Source: Planctomycetota bacterium
GTDB lineage: Bacteria > Planctomycetota > Planctomycetia > Pirellulales > Thermoguttaceae
Direction of reading: 5' to 3'
DNA: 64,000 bases
NCBI GenBank assembly: GCA_029550925.1
Contig: JAKPGL010000016.1
Span: forward strand, 1,734-65,733
In this document: positions 50,968-60,038 of the stretch, piece after piece
How positions within the stretch are numbered: position 1 is the first letter of the stretch
Layout: each line of letters opens with the position of its first letter
Translations under genes and position numbers: made by a program
The notes under the pieces: generated by a model
The model's input: the letters and a program-made list of their open reading frames with translations, nothing else
The model's database searches: none
Told to the model about the DNA's origin: nothing

Positions 50968-52233
50968 TCATCGAGCGGAGAAAGCGATGCCTTCAATCTC
51001 GACGAGCAATTCCGGTCGGCAAACGTCGGCGATGGCGTAGATGGTGGGCAACTCTCCCAACCGCCGTTCGCACGCCCGCCGGACCACCGGATAATCCTCC
51101 GGTCGTTTGATATAGACCCGGACCAAGGCCAGCCCTTCCAACGGCGTCCCCAAGCCGGGCATCCCATGCCGAGCCAGGTTCTCCTCCGAAATGAGCGCCT
51201 GGATATTGTCCAGCGTCTCATGGGTCTGGGCTTCCGCATCTCCGATATGTCGAGTCTCGGAGCCGGTAATGCTGGCGGTGCCGGAAATCAAAATCGTGGC
51301 GTACGGCCCGCACGATAAGGCCATCGCCCGGGAAAACTTCGGACTTTTGATCCCGTATTTGACGGAGTATTGATAGGCCGAGGTCTGCCGAGGATTCTCT
51401 AGCGGGACAGCCCGAATATCCGATCGCTCCGTGGCAAAGGCGATGCAACTCATCAAGATGTCCCGACCGTCGGCGCCGATGCCGGTGCTGGCCGGATAAA
51501 CGTCCCCCTGAAAACTCGGCAGAACAATGTCCCGTGCGAAACGGAACGGCTCGTAGAAATCGGTGCGTGCCCGATTGAGTTCTTTGTAACGCTGCGTATC
51601 GCCTTCGGGGCCGACAATGTCGCCCAGGTAAAGCCAGGTGCGGATCACCTGCTCGAAATGGACGCCTTCCTGGGCCAAAAGGGCCTGCATTCGGCCGAAT
51701 GCATTCAAAGAGCGCTGATAGACGCTCGAAGCGTCGGTTTCCGGCTGGACCTGGGCCAGATGGATCCAACTGATCCCGTTATGGCGGGTAATGACCATCT
51801 GTTCGCTTCGGCGTTCGATCTGCACTTCGCCGAAGCCGCGACCTACGCCGAGGGCTTCGATGGCCAGCAATTTCCCGTCGCAGGGATGCTGGGGCACATA
51901 GGTGGTGGCGGGCAGTTCGTCGCCGTAGAAATCTCGCATGATCTGCCGACACTGGTCCGTCAAGCGGGCGTCGCTCAAAAAGACCGCCTGATGGACAATC
52001 GACCCCTTGGTGCTCTCTTCCTGAATCACAGCCTCCAAGGTTTTCAAGGCGTCGTGCGCCTGTTCGTGCAGGGTTTGTCCCGTCCGTGGCGTCGCCGCAG
52101 CATAGACATGCCGCACATCCTGCAACTCCACCACCGAATAGCCAATCCCCGCACTGGAACATTTGCGAATCATTTTCGGTCCCCAGAGGGGAGTCCGAAC
52201 AGCCGGTCGGCTCGAAGTCGTGTAGGTAGGCAT
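50968..52233 (-). CDS. FkbO/Hyg5-like chorismatase (Rid/YjgF fold) protein
   Basis: 'IRTWLYL', 'YPASTGIG', 'ENPRQTSAYQY', 'FSRA', 'ISGTASI', 'ADVCRPELLVEIEG'. The start may be 52173. Confidence 0.75.
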   Translation of the reverse strand: MPTYTTSSRPAVRTPLWGPKMIRKCSSAGIGYSVVELQDVRHVYAAATPRTGQTLHEQAHDALKTLEAVIQEESTKGSIVHQAVFLSDARLTDQCRQIMRDFYGDELPATTYVPQHPCDGKLLAIEALGVGRGFGEVQIERRSEQMVITRHNGISWIHLAQVQPETDASSVYQRSLNAFGRMQALLAQEGVHFEQVIRTWLYLGDIVGPEGDTQRYKELNRARTDFYEPFRFARDIVLPSFQGDVYPASTGIGADGRDILMSCIAFATERSDIRAVPLENPRQTSAYQYSVKYGIKSPKFSRAMALSCGPYATILISGTASITGSETRHIGDAEAQTHETLDNIQALISEENLARHGMPGLGTPLEGLALVRVYIKRPEDYPVVRRACERRLGELPTIYAIADVCRPELLVEIEGIAFSAR

Positions 52234-52531
52234 AGGTATTAGGCGGGAAAAAGAGGTAAGGCGGGAAGGAAATTCTACCTCTTAGTTTATCCAGCGGCGG
52301 GAAGTGTGTCAACACCCCTATATTCAAAAATTGAAACATTTTTAAAATATAGGAGGGTTGCCTTAAAATAATATCGGCAGGAGGGCACGCCCTACCGCCC
52401 TAATACCTCAGCCCCTCGGCAAAAAATGCCTATTTTACCCCTCTCCCCCGGCAGGCCAGACGCCGTTTGGCCTGTTGACGGGCAAGGGGGAAACGAGTTA
52501 CTTCATTCGACGGAACTGTTATAAAAAATGG

Positions 52532-52726
52532 GTAACACTTTAGCCGAATGCAGTACCTTGTCATTCCCGCGGAAGCGCCCAATCTAGGCTTCTTGCGGCC
52601 TCTACTTGGGAGAAATAACAACGTAGCCGCCTCCTAGGACCCTGGATTGAGAGCTTGCGCGGGAATGACAGTGCCGGGCAAAATTCGCCTAAAATAAGCC
52701 ACCTCTGCATTCGGCTAAAATGTTAC
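52532..52726 (-). mobile_element. MITE-like element copy 5 (best preserved, 8-bp TSD)
   Basis: 22-bp TIRs gtaacactttagccgaatgcag and ctgcattcggctaaaatgttac (1 mismatch). Direct repeat AAAAATGG at 52524-52531 and 52727-52734. Confidence 0.92.
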
Positions 52727-52781
52727 AAAAATGGATATTTCCTGCCATGCCGCCGGCGCATCCTTGGGAGAGAAACTCTCC

Positions 52782-53234
52782 ATGATTCGTTTGACCGATC
52801 ACCCCATCCAGGTCGAAGCCGTTCTCCAAGCCAGTCGATCCCCGGACGCCGGGGCCGTGGTCCTTTTCTTGGGGACCGTGCGATCTGAAAGCCAGGGCCA
52901 AACCGTGGCATGCCTGGAGTACGAGTGTTATTCCGAAATGGCCGAGCGGGTCCTCCACCAACTGGCCGACGAGGCCCGATCCCGTTGGACCCTTCAGGGC
53001 TGCGCGATAGTCCATCGAATAGGCCGAGTGGAGGTCGGCGAAATCAGCGTGGCGATTGCCTGCAGTGCGGCGCATCGCGCGCCCGCTTTCCAGGCTGCCC
53101 AGTGGTTGATCGACCAAATCAAACAACAGGCGCCCATTTGGAAAAAAGAAGTGTTCGCCGACGGCGCCGTCCGTTGGGTTGCCGGTCAGGAACCGGGGCG
53201 CACCCACCCCGTTGGACCAGGAGGTTCCCCATGA
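52782..53234 (+). CDS. moaE: Molybdopterin synthase catalytic subunit
   Basis: 'AGAVVLFLGTVR', 'LEYECY', 'HRIG', 'AAHR', 'APIWKKE'. Confidence 0.93.
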   Translation: MIRLTDHPIQVEAVLQASRSPDAGAVVLFLGTVRSESQGQTVACLEYECYSEMAERVLHQLADEARSRWTLQGCAIVHRIGRVEVGEISVAIACSAAHRAPAFQAAQWLIDQIKQQAPIWKKEVFADGAVRWVAGQEPGRTHPVGPGGSP

Positions 53235-54388
53235 ACCCGACGCTGGGCAATCCATCTTCCATCGGCGGACCGCAACGTTCGGCCCCCAACAAAGTCGCTC
53301 CGGCCGACGGCGGGGATGGTTTGATCGATCGATGGGGCCGACGCCACACGGACCTGCGAATCTCCGTAACCGACCGATGTAATCTTCGCTGTTTTTATTG
53401 TATGCCGCCGGAAGGTGTGCCGCTTTTGCCTCGTGAAGCCATCTTGGATTTCGACGAAATTGTCCGGGTCGTCCACGTTGCGGCGCGGTTGGGCGTTCGG
53501 AAAGTTCGGCTCACGGGCGGTGAACCACTGGTGCGGAAAAATCTTCCCGCCCTCATTGGACGATTGGCCGGCGAGGCGGGCCTCGCAGACCTAGCGATGA
53601 CGACCAACGGAACTCTTTTGGCTGACTACGCCCAGGAGCTTCGTCGGGCGGGGCTCCAAAGAGTAAACATCAGTTTAGACACCTTGGATCGTCGCCAGTT
53701 TCAAGCCCTCACCGGTCAAGACGCATTAGACCAAGTACTCCAAGGAATCGAGGCGGCCCAAGCAGCCGGGTTTTGGCCGATCAAACTCAACGCCCTGGCC
53801 ATTCGCGGCTTCAGCGAATCCCAAATCGTCCCCCTGGTTCGATTTGCTTTGGAGCGGGGTTTGGAAATCCGTTTTATCGAGTTTATGCCGATCGGAATCG
53901 TCAACCAATGGAGTCCAGAACGGGTGTTGCCCGCAGCGGCGATTCTGAGCATCCTTCGGCGAGAGTTTGGCTCGGTCGAACCTGTTGATTCTTGGGGACC
54001 GGCCGAGTCCGAAGCCGGCCGAGAAGAAGAAACCGCCTCGGCGGTTTCGTTGGTTGCGGCGACAGAAACTCGGCGTGGGGCCTCATTCCAGCCGCCCGCC
54101 CGATGTTATCTTCTGGGCGACGCCGGCGCCCGGATCGGAATCATCAGCTCGATGAGTCGGCCTTTTTGCCGCAGTTGCGGCCGATTACGCCTGAATGCGA
54201 TCGGAGAACTTCGCTATTGTTTGTTCGCCCAAAGAGGTTGGGACCTTCGCACTATATTACGCCGGGGCGGCGACGACGAGGAACTGATCCACATCTTTCG
54301 CGCCGCGGTCCAGGCCAAACCTTTACGCCCCAATACCCCCGGCCAACAACCTCAAACCCATCTTGCCATGTGTCAAATCGGAGGATAA
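53231..54388 (+). CDS. moaA: GTP 3',8-cyclase (radical SAM)
   Basis: ATGA overlap with the moaE stop. 'LRISVTDRCNLRCFYC', 'TGGEP', 'RFIEFMP', 'FCRSC.RLRL...CLF', C-terminal 'IGG'. Confidence 0.95.
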   Translation: MNPTLGNPSSIGGPQRSAPNKVAPADGGDGLIDRWGRRHTDLRISVTDRCNLRCFYCMPPEGVPLLPREAILDFDEIVRVVHVAARLGVRKVRLTGGEPLVRKNLPALIGRLAGEAGLADLAMTTNGTLLADYAQELRRAGLQRVNISLDTLDRRQFQALTGQDALDQVLQGIEAAQAAGFWPIKLNALAIRGFSESQIVPLVRFALERGLEIRFIEFMPIGIVNQWSPERVLPAAAILSILRREFGSVEPVDSWGPAESEAGREEETASAVSLVAATETRRGASFQPPARCYLLGDAGARIGIISSMSRPFCRSCGRLRLNAIGELRYCLFAQRGWDLRTILRRGGDDEELIHIFRAAVQAKPLRPNTPGQQPQTHLAMCQIGG

Positions 54389-54391
54389 CCT

Positions 54392-54901
54392 TTGGACCCT
54401 CGCCCGTCGGCTCGAAAACGTCGAAAGTCTCCCTCAGAAAAGGTCTTCAGTTCGGTGAACGAGCAGCCGTGGTTCCATCAAGGACTCCGATTCCAATGCA
54501 CCGGATGCGGTCGGTGTTGTACGGGAGGACCGGGGTTTGTGTGGGTCAGCCCGGAGGAAATCCGCCGATTGGCGGTTCATCTGGACCTGCCGGTGGAGGA
54601 ATTCTTGAGGCACTATGTGCGAGTGCTAGGAAACCGCTATAGTTTGGTGGAACGCTCCAACGGCGATTGCGTCTTCTTGGACCCGCACCATCGGCGATGC
54701 ACCGTGTATTCGCTCCGTCCCAAGCAATGCCGGAGTTGGCCCTTTTGGCTTTCTAATCTTCGGACTCCCGCCGATTGGGAATACGTGCGGCGCATTTGTC
54801 CCGGTAGCGGCCAAGGCCCCCTTTTTACCCTCCAGCAGATTCAATCGTTATTATGGTGGAGCGGTCTGGAGAGCGACGAACCCTCCACCACGGACGGCTA
54901 A
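54392..54901 (+). CDS. YkgJ family cysteine-cluster protein
   Basis: 'CTGCGRCC', 'DCVFL', 'CTVY..RP.QCRSWPFW', 'CPG'. The start may be GTG 54455. Confidence 0.88.
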   Translation: MDPRPSARKRRKSPSEKVFSSVNEQPWFHQGLRFQCTGCGRCCTGGPGFVWVSPEEIRRLAVHLDLPVEEFLRHYVRVLGNRYSLVERSNGDCVFLDPHHRRCTVYSLRPKQCRSWPFWLSNLRTPADWEYVRRICPGSGQGPLFTLQQIQSLLWWSGLESDEPSTTDG

Positions 54902-54945
54902 TCTCTCTGCCCGCCGAATTCTCCCACCTGACTTGGTAGCCCTTG

Positions 54946-55006
54946 GTAACATTTTAGCGATTAGCCAAACCCCCAAGCTGGTATTCCTGCGAAAACAGGA
55001 ATCTAG
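54946..55006 (+). repeat. Truncated remnant of the MITE family
   Basis: gtaacattttagc (54946-54958), a linker resembling copy 4 (ttagccaaacccccaag), and one REP unit gtattcctgcgaaaacaggaatctag. Confidence 0.6.
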
Positions 55007-55672
55007 TACTCCACTACTCCACCACAGAGATTTTTTGGGGAAAAATGCTCCTCTTGGGATTCGATAGTCCGGGCGTCTTCTCTGAAAGATAGAGGGGATT
55101 TTCCAAAATTCCTCTGCGGTTTCTTTGCGTTTTCCGCGGTAAAGGATGTTCGGTTTCCCCGCAGAGAACATAGAGGGGCGCAGGGAAAAAAGAGAGTTAT
55201 ATCGGATTGCCCAAAATAGGGGGGTGAGCAGCTCCGGCCCCTCCCTTGCCCTCCCCGGCACTCAACAATCTCTGTAGTGAAGTAGTAGGGCGGGAGATCA
55301 GGGGATTAACGCTAAAAATTGGCTAAATTAACCGTATTGAGGGGAGTGGTTTTGCTTCTTCGGAGGGGCAATTGGGAGAAAGAGAAGTTACGTTTGGTAA
55401 CGAGTTTACCTTCTGGCTGGAGTTTTCCGACGGGAAAGCCGATATTTGTTTCCGCCCGAAATTTCGGCGGCTGCGATCTCGGAATGTCGATGTGTTGCCT
55501 CCCGTAAGGGGAGGATTACTTTAAGTCTTTATGGTAAAAGGACTTAGAGTTTCCTTTGTCGCCGAAAAGCCTGTTCTTTGACAATAAGGTTTCCGTGGGA
55601 CACCTCTCCAAGGGGGGCTGGGGTTTTCCCTCCTATTTTCCCTTAAAAATGTTCTGAAATCGAAAGCCGATC

Positions 55673-55701
55673 TTGACTTTAGTTATTACGCCATTTACAC
55701 T
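55673..55701 (+). promoter_or_regulatory. Sigma70-type promoter of the HU/IHF gene
   Basis: TTGACT-17 bp-TACACT, about 75 bp upstream of the start codon. Confidence 0.65.
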
Positions 55702-55774
55702 TGGAGCGTGATGAGTGGACGTAGTATTCCGGATCGGTTCGGTCTATCCGCCTCGGTTCTGGGAGGACAGTTTC

Positions 55775-56131
55775 GTGGTAACGAAAAAAGACATCGTTCG
55801 AGCCATTGCCGAAGAACTTGGCCTGACCCAATTAAAAACCAAGGAAATTGTGCAAAAAACTTTCGATGCCGTCATCGAAGCCTTGGTGCGAGAAGGTCGG
55901 ATTGAACTGCGGAATTTCGGCATCTTCGAGGTCAAACAACGGGCCGCTCGAAAAGCTCGGAACCCGAAAACCGGCGAAAAGGTCTATGTGCCCAAAAAGT
56001 TTGTCGTTACCTTTAAGCCGGGTAAGGAAATGCAACACCGGGTCCGCCATCGAGAACGTGCGGCCCAAAAAGCGGCTGCCTCCTCCCATCGGGGGACTGT
56101 TTCCGAACCGGTAGGTACCTCTTCCGGGTAA
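55775..56131 (+). CDS. HU/IHF family DNA-binding protein
   Basis: GTG after GGAGGA; 'TKKDIV', '[11 protein letters not shown]', 'ARNPKTGE', 'FKPGKEM'. Confidence 0.95.
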   Translation: MVTKKDIVRAIAEELGLTQLKTKEIVQKTFDAVIEALVREGRIELRNFGIFEVKQRAARKARNPKTGEKVYVPKKFVVTFKPGKEMQHRVRHRERAAQKAAASSHRGTVSEPVGTSSG

Positions 56132-56525
56132 AATCTCCTCCCTCCAGAGGCAAGTTCATCTGCGTTTTTTCCCAAGGGGGTGCTCTTCTGAGAAAATACC
56201 CCCGTTGCCCCATGAGAGATGATGACGCCCTTTTGATCCCAAAGGACGCGGTAGGGGGCGAGCCGGACTGATTCTTTTTCTTTAAAAATTGCTCTCGGCG
56301 CAAAAAAATCTTTTTGGTACGTTTCTCCCCACTCTGGGCGATCGCTCCAGAGGATTCACTACCTTTCCCGTAGCAATAAATCGCTTTTCTAATTCCTTTG
56401 TCCAACCAGCAAGAGTGTGGGCTGGGGAAGGGATCGTTTTTCCTAGTCCATAGGGCTTTTCCTACGGAAAACCGTTCCCTTCACGCTCATGGTATATCGA
56501 AACTGTCTTGGAAGGAGAATAAGGT

Positions 56526-56744
56526 ATGCGGAAAGTGCTGTTCGCCATTGTTTCTGGATTGTTGCTGTGTACGGCCGTGGGGTGCATTATTCCGGGCTAT
56601 TCGGCCGATCCGGTCCGTCGCACGCAACAGTTGTTGTTTACGTCGGAAAATCTCCGGCTTCTGCTGGATGAATGGGAACGAATTTGGTTCCTGGATATGC
56701 CCGATCATTGCACGCCTTATCGGACCCACGGCGGGGTCATCTAA
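56526..56744 (+). CDS. Small lipoprotein (planctomycete-type)
   Basis: RBS AAGGAG; lipobox-like 'AVGC'; 'SENLR...EWERIWFLD.P...P.RTHGG'. Confidence 0.75.
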   Translation: MRKVLFAIVSGLLLCTAVGCIIPGYSADPVRRTQQLLFTSENLRLLLDEWERIWFLDMPDHCTPYRTHGGVI

Positions 56745-56871
56745 CAATAGCGCAGGCAGTTTCGTCGAAAGAGGGTTTCCTGGCCGCGCTTCTGCTGCCT
56801 GATAGGGCGGCGCTGCGGGGAGAATCCCTGGACTACTGCGCCCAGGTTTCGTCCAGAGAGAAAGAGAGAAG

Positions 56872-58518
56872 TTACGGTTTGGCCGAAGGCGGCGGGCGTT
56901 TCCAGATATCGACCGTCGCATCGTTTTTTTGCGTCGGGCCCGGCCGGGTTCGGCCCTCGGACACTTGCCGCTCTAAAAGTTGTACCAAGCGTTGCACCAT
57001 CTCCGGGTGTTGGGCCTGGAGATTTTTTTGTTCGGCTGGATCATCGGCCAGATTATAAAGCTGCACTTCCGGCAGTCCTTGCCGACGGGCTTCCGCATCG
57101 CCTGGCCGACTCCAGCCCCCGCTTCCCGGCGCAAGGAGCAATTTCCACGGCCCTTGCCGGATGGCAAACTTGCCGCTGACCGAGTGCAATATCAATGTTT
57201 CTCGCACCGGCCCCGATGCCTTGCCCCATAGGACCGGCAGAAAGCTGAAGCTATCTTCGGCGGCGTTTTCCGGCAGTTGAGCGCCCACCAATTCGGCGCA
57301 TGTGGCCATCAGATCCACCAGCCCCACCAATTGATCACTCCGACTTCCTGCCTGGACCCGACCGGGCCAACGCACCAGCAGAGGTACCCGATGGCCGCCT
57401 TCCCACAGATCGGCTTTCGCCCCACGCAGTCCCCCAGCCGGGTCGTGCCCCTTGGCCCGCAGGGCGCCGAAATCGGCTTGCGGCGACGGTCCATTATCGC
57501 TGGAGAAAAGGAGCAGGGTATTGTCGGCCAGGCCGTGTTTTTCGAGGGCCTGGAGGATTTGGCCCACGCACTCGTCGTTTTGCATGACAAAATCGGCGTA
57601 GGGGTTCAGGCCGCTTCGGCCTTGCCAGGCGTCCGAAGGCACAATCGGCGTATGCGGCGAGGCCAGCGCCAAATACAGGAAGAACGGTTTGCCGGATCGC
57701 GCCTCGGCTGCCCGACGTTCGATGTACTGGACGGCTTTTTGGGTAAGCGTCGGGAGCACGTTCACGGCTTCAAACTCCGCTGCGGCTGGCCCCCGGCGGG
57801 TCATGGCCGACCGACCTAGCATCATTGGAAACGCTTTATCTACGGTCGGCGCAATCTCTACTTGGTCGTTATGAATAAATGTATAAGGTACCATGTCCAA
57901 CGAGCCAGCAATGCCGAAAAACTCGTCGAAGCCGGCGGTCAGCGGTCCTTCGGTGAGAGGCTTGGAGTAATCGACGTTCCAGCCTTCCGGCCCTTTTTCG
58001 ATAGAGTCGGTAAATGGCTGGGTATTCGGCTTTCGGGGCCAACCGAGTCCCAGATGCCATTTGCCGATGCAGGCGGTATGGTACCCGGCCTTTCGGAGCA
58101 GGCCCGGCAACGTTAACCGCTCCGGCGGAATCAGCGGCGGCGACAAGCCACCCAACACACCGCTTTGGAGCCGACTCCGCCAACTGTATCGGCCGGTAAG
58201 CAGTGCATACCGGGTGGGCGTACAGACCGAGGAGGTACTATGGGCGTCGGTAAACTGCATGCCTTCCCGGGCCAACCGATCTAAATATGGCGTCGGAATC
58301 TTCCCCTCCGGATTATAACAGCCCACGTCTCCATAGCCCAAATCGTCGGCCAAAATGACCACAATGTTTGGCCGAGCCGACGGACCACCTCCCGTTGGAT
58401 ACTCCGACGAGGGTACCTTGGTTGCTGTGTCCGGTCCTGAAGGCGTCGTCTGCCCAGCCCAGGCAGCCAAGGTGTAAAAAATTAAACTCCACAGCACGCT
58501 ACCAACCCTCGCCCGCAT
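56872..58518 (-). CDS. Secreted formylglycine-dependent sulfatase (S1)
   Basis: 'PNIVVILADDLG', 'CTPTRYALLTGR', 'GKWHLG', 'SDNG', 'EGGHRVP', 'LYNL..DP.E'. Confidence 0.95.
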   Translation of the reverse strand: MRARVGSVLWSLIFYTLAAWAGQTTPSGPDTATKVPSSEYPTGGGPSARPNIVVILADDLGYGDVGCYNPEGKIPTPYLDRLAREGMQFTDAHSTSSVCTPTRYALLTGRYSWRSRLQSGVLGGLSPPLIPPERLTLPGLLRKAGYHTACIGKWHLGLGWPRKPNTQPFTDSIEKGPEGWNVDYSKPLTEGPLTAGFDEFFGIAGSLDMVPYTFIHNDQVEIAPTVDKAFPMMLGRSAMTRRGPAAAEFEAVNVLPTLTQKAVQYIERRAAEARSGKPFFLYLALASPHTPIVPSDAWQGRSGLNPYADFVMQNDECVGQILQALEKHGLADNTLLLFSSDNGPSPQADFGALRAKGHDPAGGLRGAKADLWEGGHRVPLLVRWPGRVQAGSRSDQLVGLVDLMATCAELVGAQLPENAAEDSFSFLPVLWGKASGPVRETLILHSVSGKFAIRQGPWKLLLAPGSGGWSRPGDAEARRQGLPEVQLYNLADDPAEQKNLQAQHPEMVQRLVQLLERQVSEGRTRPGPTQKNDATVDIWKRPPPSAKP

Positions 58519-59007
58519 CGATGGATTTCTCCTGGTGGAAAAAAAGCAGTGTTCCCTAGGACTACCTAGGAGTCACTATTCAGAATGAATACTGCTGAAT
58601 AATTACTGAAGTAAGATGGAACCTGGGAAGATTATAGAAGCTAGAAAAGATTCATTTATTTACGTAGATTTTCTATATTTCCTAAAAGTTTATTTTAGTT
58701 TCCTATTTTTTCTATTTTATGATGCCATACCTGCTACTCCGTTCGGTTGAATTGCTGCCCCTATTATAAAAAAAGATAAGAAGGTAAGGTATTCCCAGGG
58801 ACGCTATTCGGGAAGAACGAGAGATTTTTGGGCAAGGGCACCCAATGATGCCTTCCGGAGAAGGCAATTCGTGAACCCCCTGAAAGAGGAGCCGCTCTGA
58901 AAACGCTCATTCGGTATCATGGGGAAAATGCTATATTAAATTGTGCGAGAAATAGGCAAATTGGGATTCCCGCGATATCTTTTTCAGGTACATAAGGACG
59001 ACAGGGG

Positions 59008-59841
59008 ATGACGAACTTTCTGCGAGCCTTGAATACCTTGTTGGCCAATCTTATTGGCCTGGGGGTTTTAGCCGCCCTTGCGGTGGGGGGATATGTTGGC
59101 TATCAGGCTTTGACCGGCGATAAAAGGGCGCTCAAGGAGGTGGAGGAGAAGCTCCAAGCCTCCCAGGCGGAGATTGATCGCCTCAGCGGCCAACTGGCCC
59201 AGCGTGCGCAGCAAATCCAAACCCTCCAAAAAGATTTAGCGGAAAAGCAGAAGCAGATCGAGCAGCTTCGCACAGCCGTTCGGCTATTGAAGGTGCAGCG
59301 CCGTTTGGCCCACTTGGAGGTATTATCCCAGGGCAAATCCCCTCAAACAGGGCAGTTGCAGACGCGTCTTCGCTTTATTGAGGTGGATGACTCAGGCAAA
59401 CCGATCGACCAACCCAGGGAGTTTACCATTGATGGGGATGTGGTCCATGTGGGGGCCTTGGTCATTAAGTTTGCCGACGAATATGTGGAGGCTAACGACA
59501 ACCTGCGTGGGGCGTCGATCTGCCTATTCCATCGGCTTTATGGGGACAAACAGCCCCCAGAAAAGGGGTTCTCTTTGGATCCGGTTGGTTCCCGGCCAGC
59601 CGTGTATCAGACCGGCCAACAGATGACCGATTGGGAACGGGAACTGTGGAAAAACTTCTGGGAGTATTCCAACGACCCGGCCAAAGCCCACCAAGTGGGC
59701 ATTCGAGCCGCCCACGGGGATGCCGTCTATCAGCAACTTCGGCCCGGCAAACGCTATAAGGTCCTGCTGCGAAGCACCGGCGAATTGACCATCCAGCCCG
59801 ACGAGGCGGCAGGGTCTTCTCCCTCTGGGGAAACCGCGTGA
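59008..59841 (+). CDS. Membrane-anchored coiled-coil hypothetical protein
   Basis: N-terminal TM, a ~55-aa heptad Q/E/K-rich segment and a globular C-terminal region; RBS and TGcTATATT upstream. Confidence 0.8.
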   Translation: MTNFLRALNTLLANLIGLGVLAALAVGGYVGYQALTGDKRALKEVEEKLQASQAEIDRLSGQLAQRAQQIQTLQKDLAEKQKQIEQLRTAVRLLKVQRRLAHLEVLSQGKSPQTGQLQTRLRFIEVDDSGKPIDQPREFTIDGDVVHVGALVIKFADEYVEANDNLRGASICLFHRLYGDKQPPEKGFSLDPVGSRPAVYQTGQQMTDWERELWKNFWEYSNDPAKAHQVGIRAAHGDAVYQQLRPGKRYKVLLRSTGELTIQPDEAAGSSPSGETA

Positions 59842-60038
59842 ACCTTCCACGTGCTATTGCTCTGAAGACGCCCAGTAGGGAAAAGTCCTTCTTGCACCCC
59901 AAACGTCCTGCTTCCCCCACCGGGAGTCCGGATTCTTAGTAACGGAGATTCCCGTCTGCACCACCCTCGACAGACCCTAGGCAAGGGGAATAAGATGATA
60001 TATCCCCATGGCCTCGGAAGAAACGATAGGACGGAACG

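Noticed and set aside
52731..52781. Longer moaE start at 52731
   Set aside because: That ATG lies within the MITE target duplication and lacks an RBS; ATG 52782 matches typical MoaE N-termini.
52910..53230. N-terminal extension of MoaA (492-aa ORF), suggesting a fusion
   Set aside because: It overlaps moaE in another frame; the ATGA-coupled start at 53231 with an RBS is more plausible.
56013..56405. ORF containing 'RRAPP'
   Set aside because: The motif is internal, the ORF is partly antisense to the HU gene, and it has no signal segment or CxxC.
58600..58800. AT-rich tract as an origin or foreign DNA (similar tracts near 13400-13700 and 47700-47900)
   Set aside because: No DnaA-box cluster or mobile gene; consistent with ordinary promoter regions.
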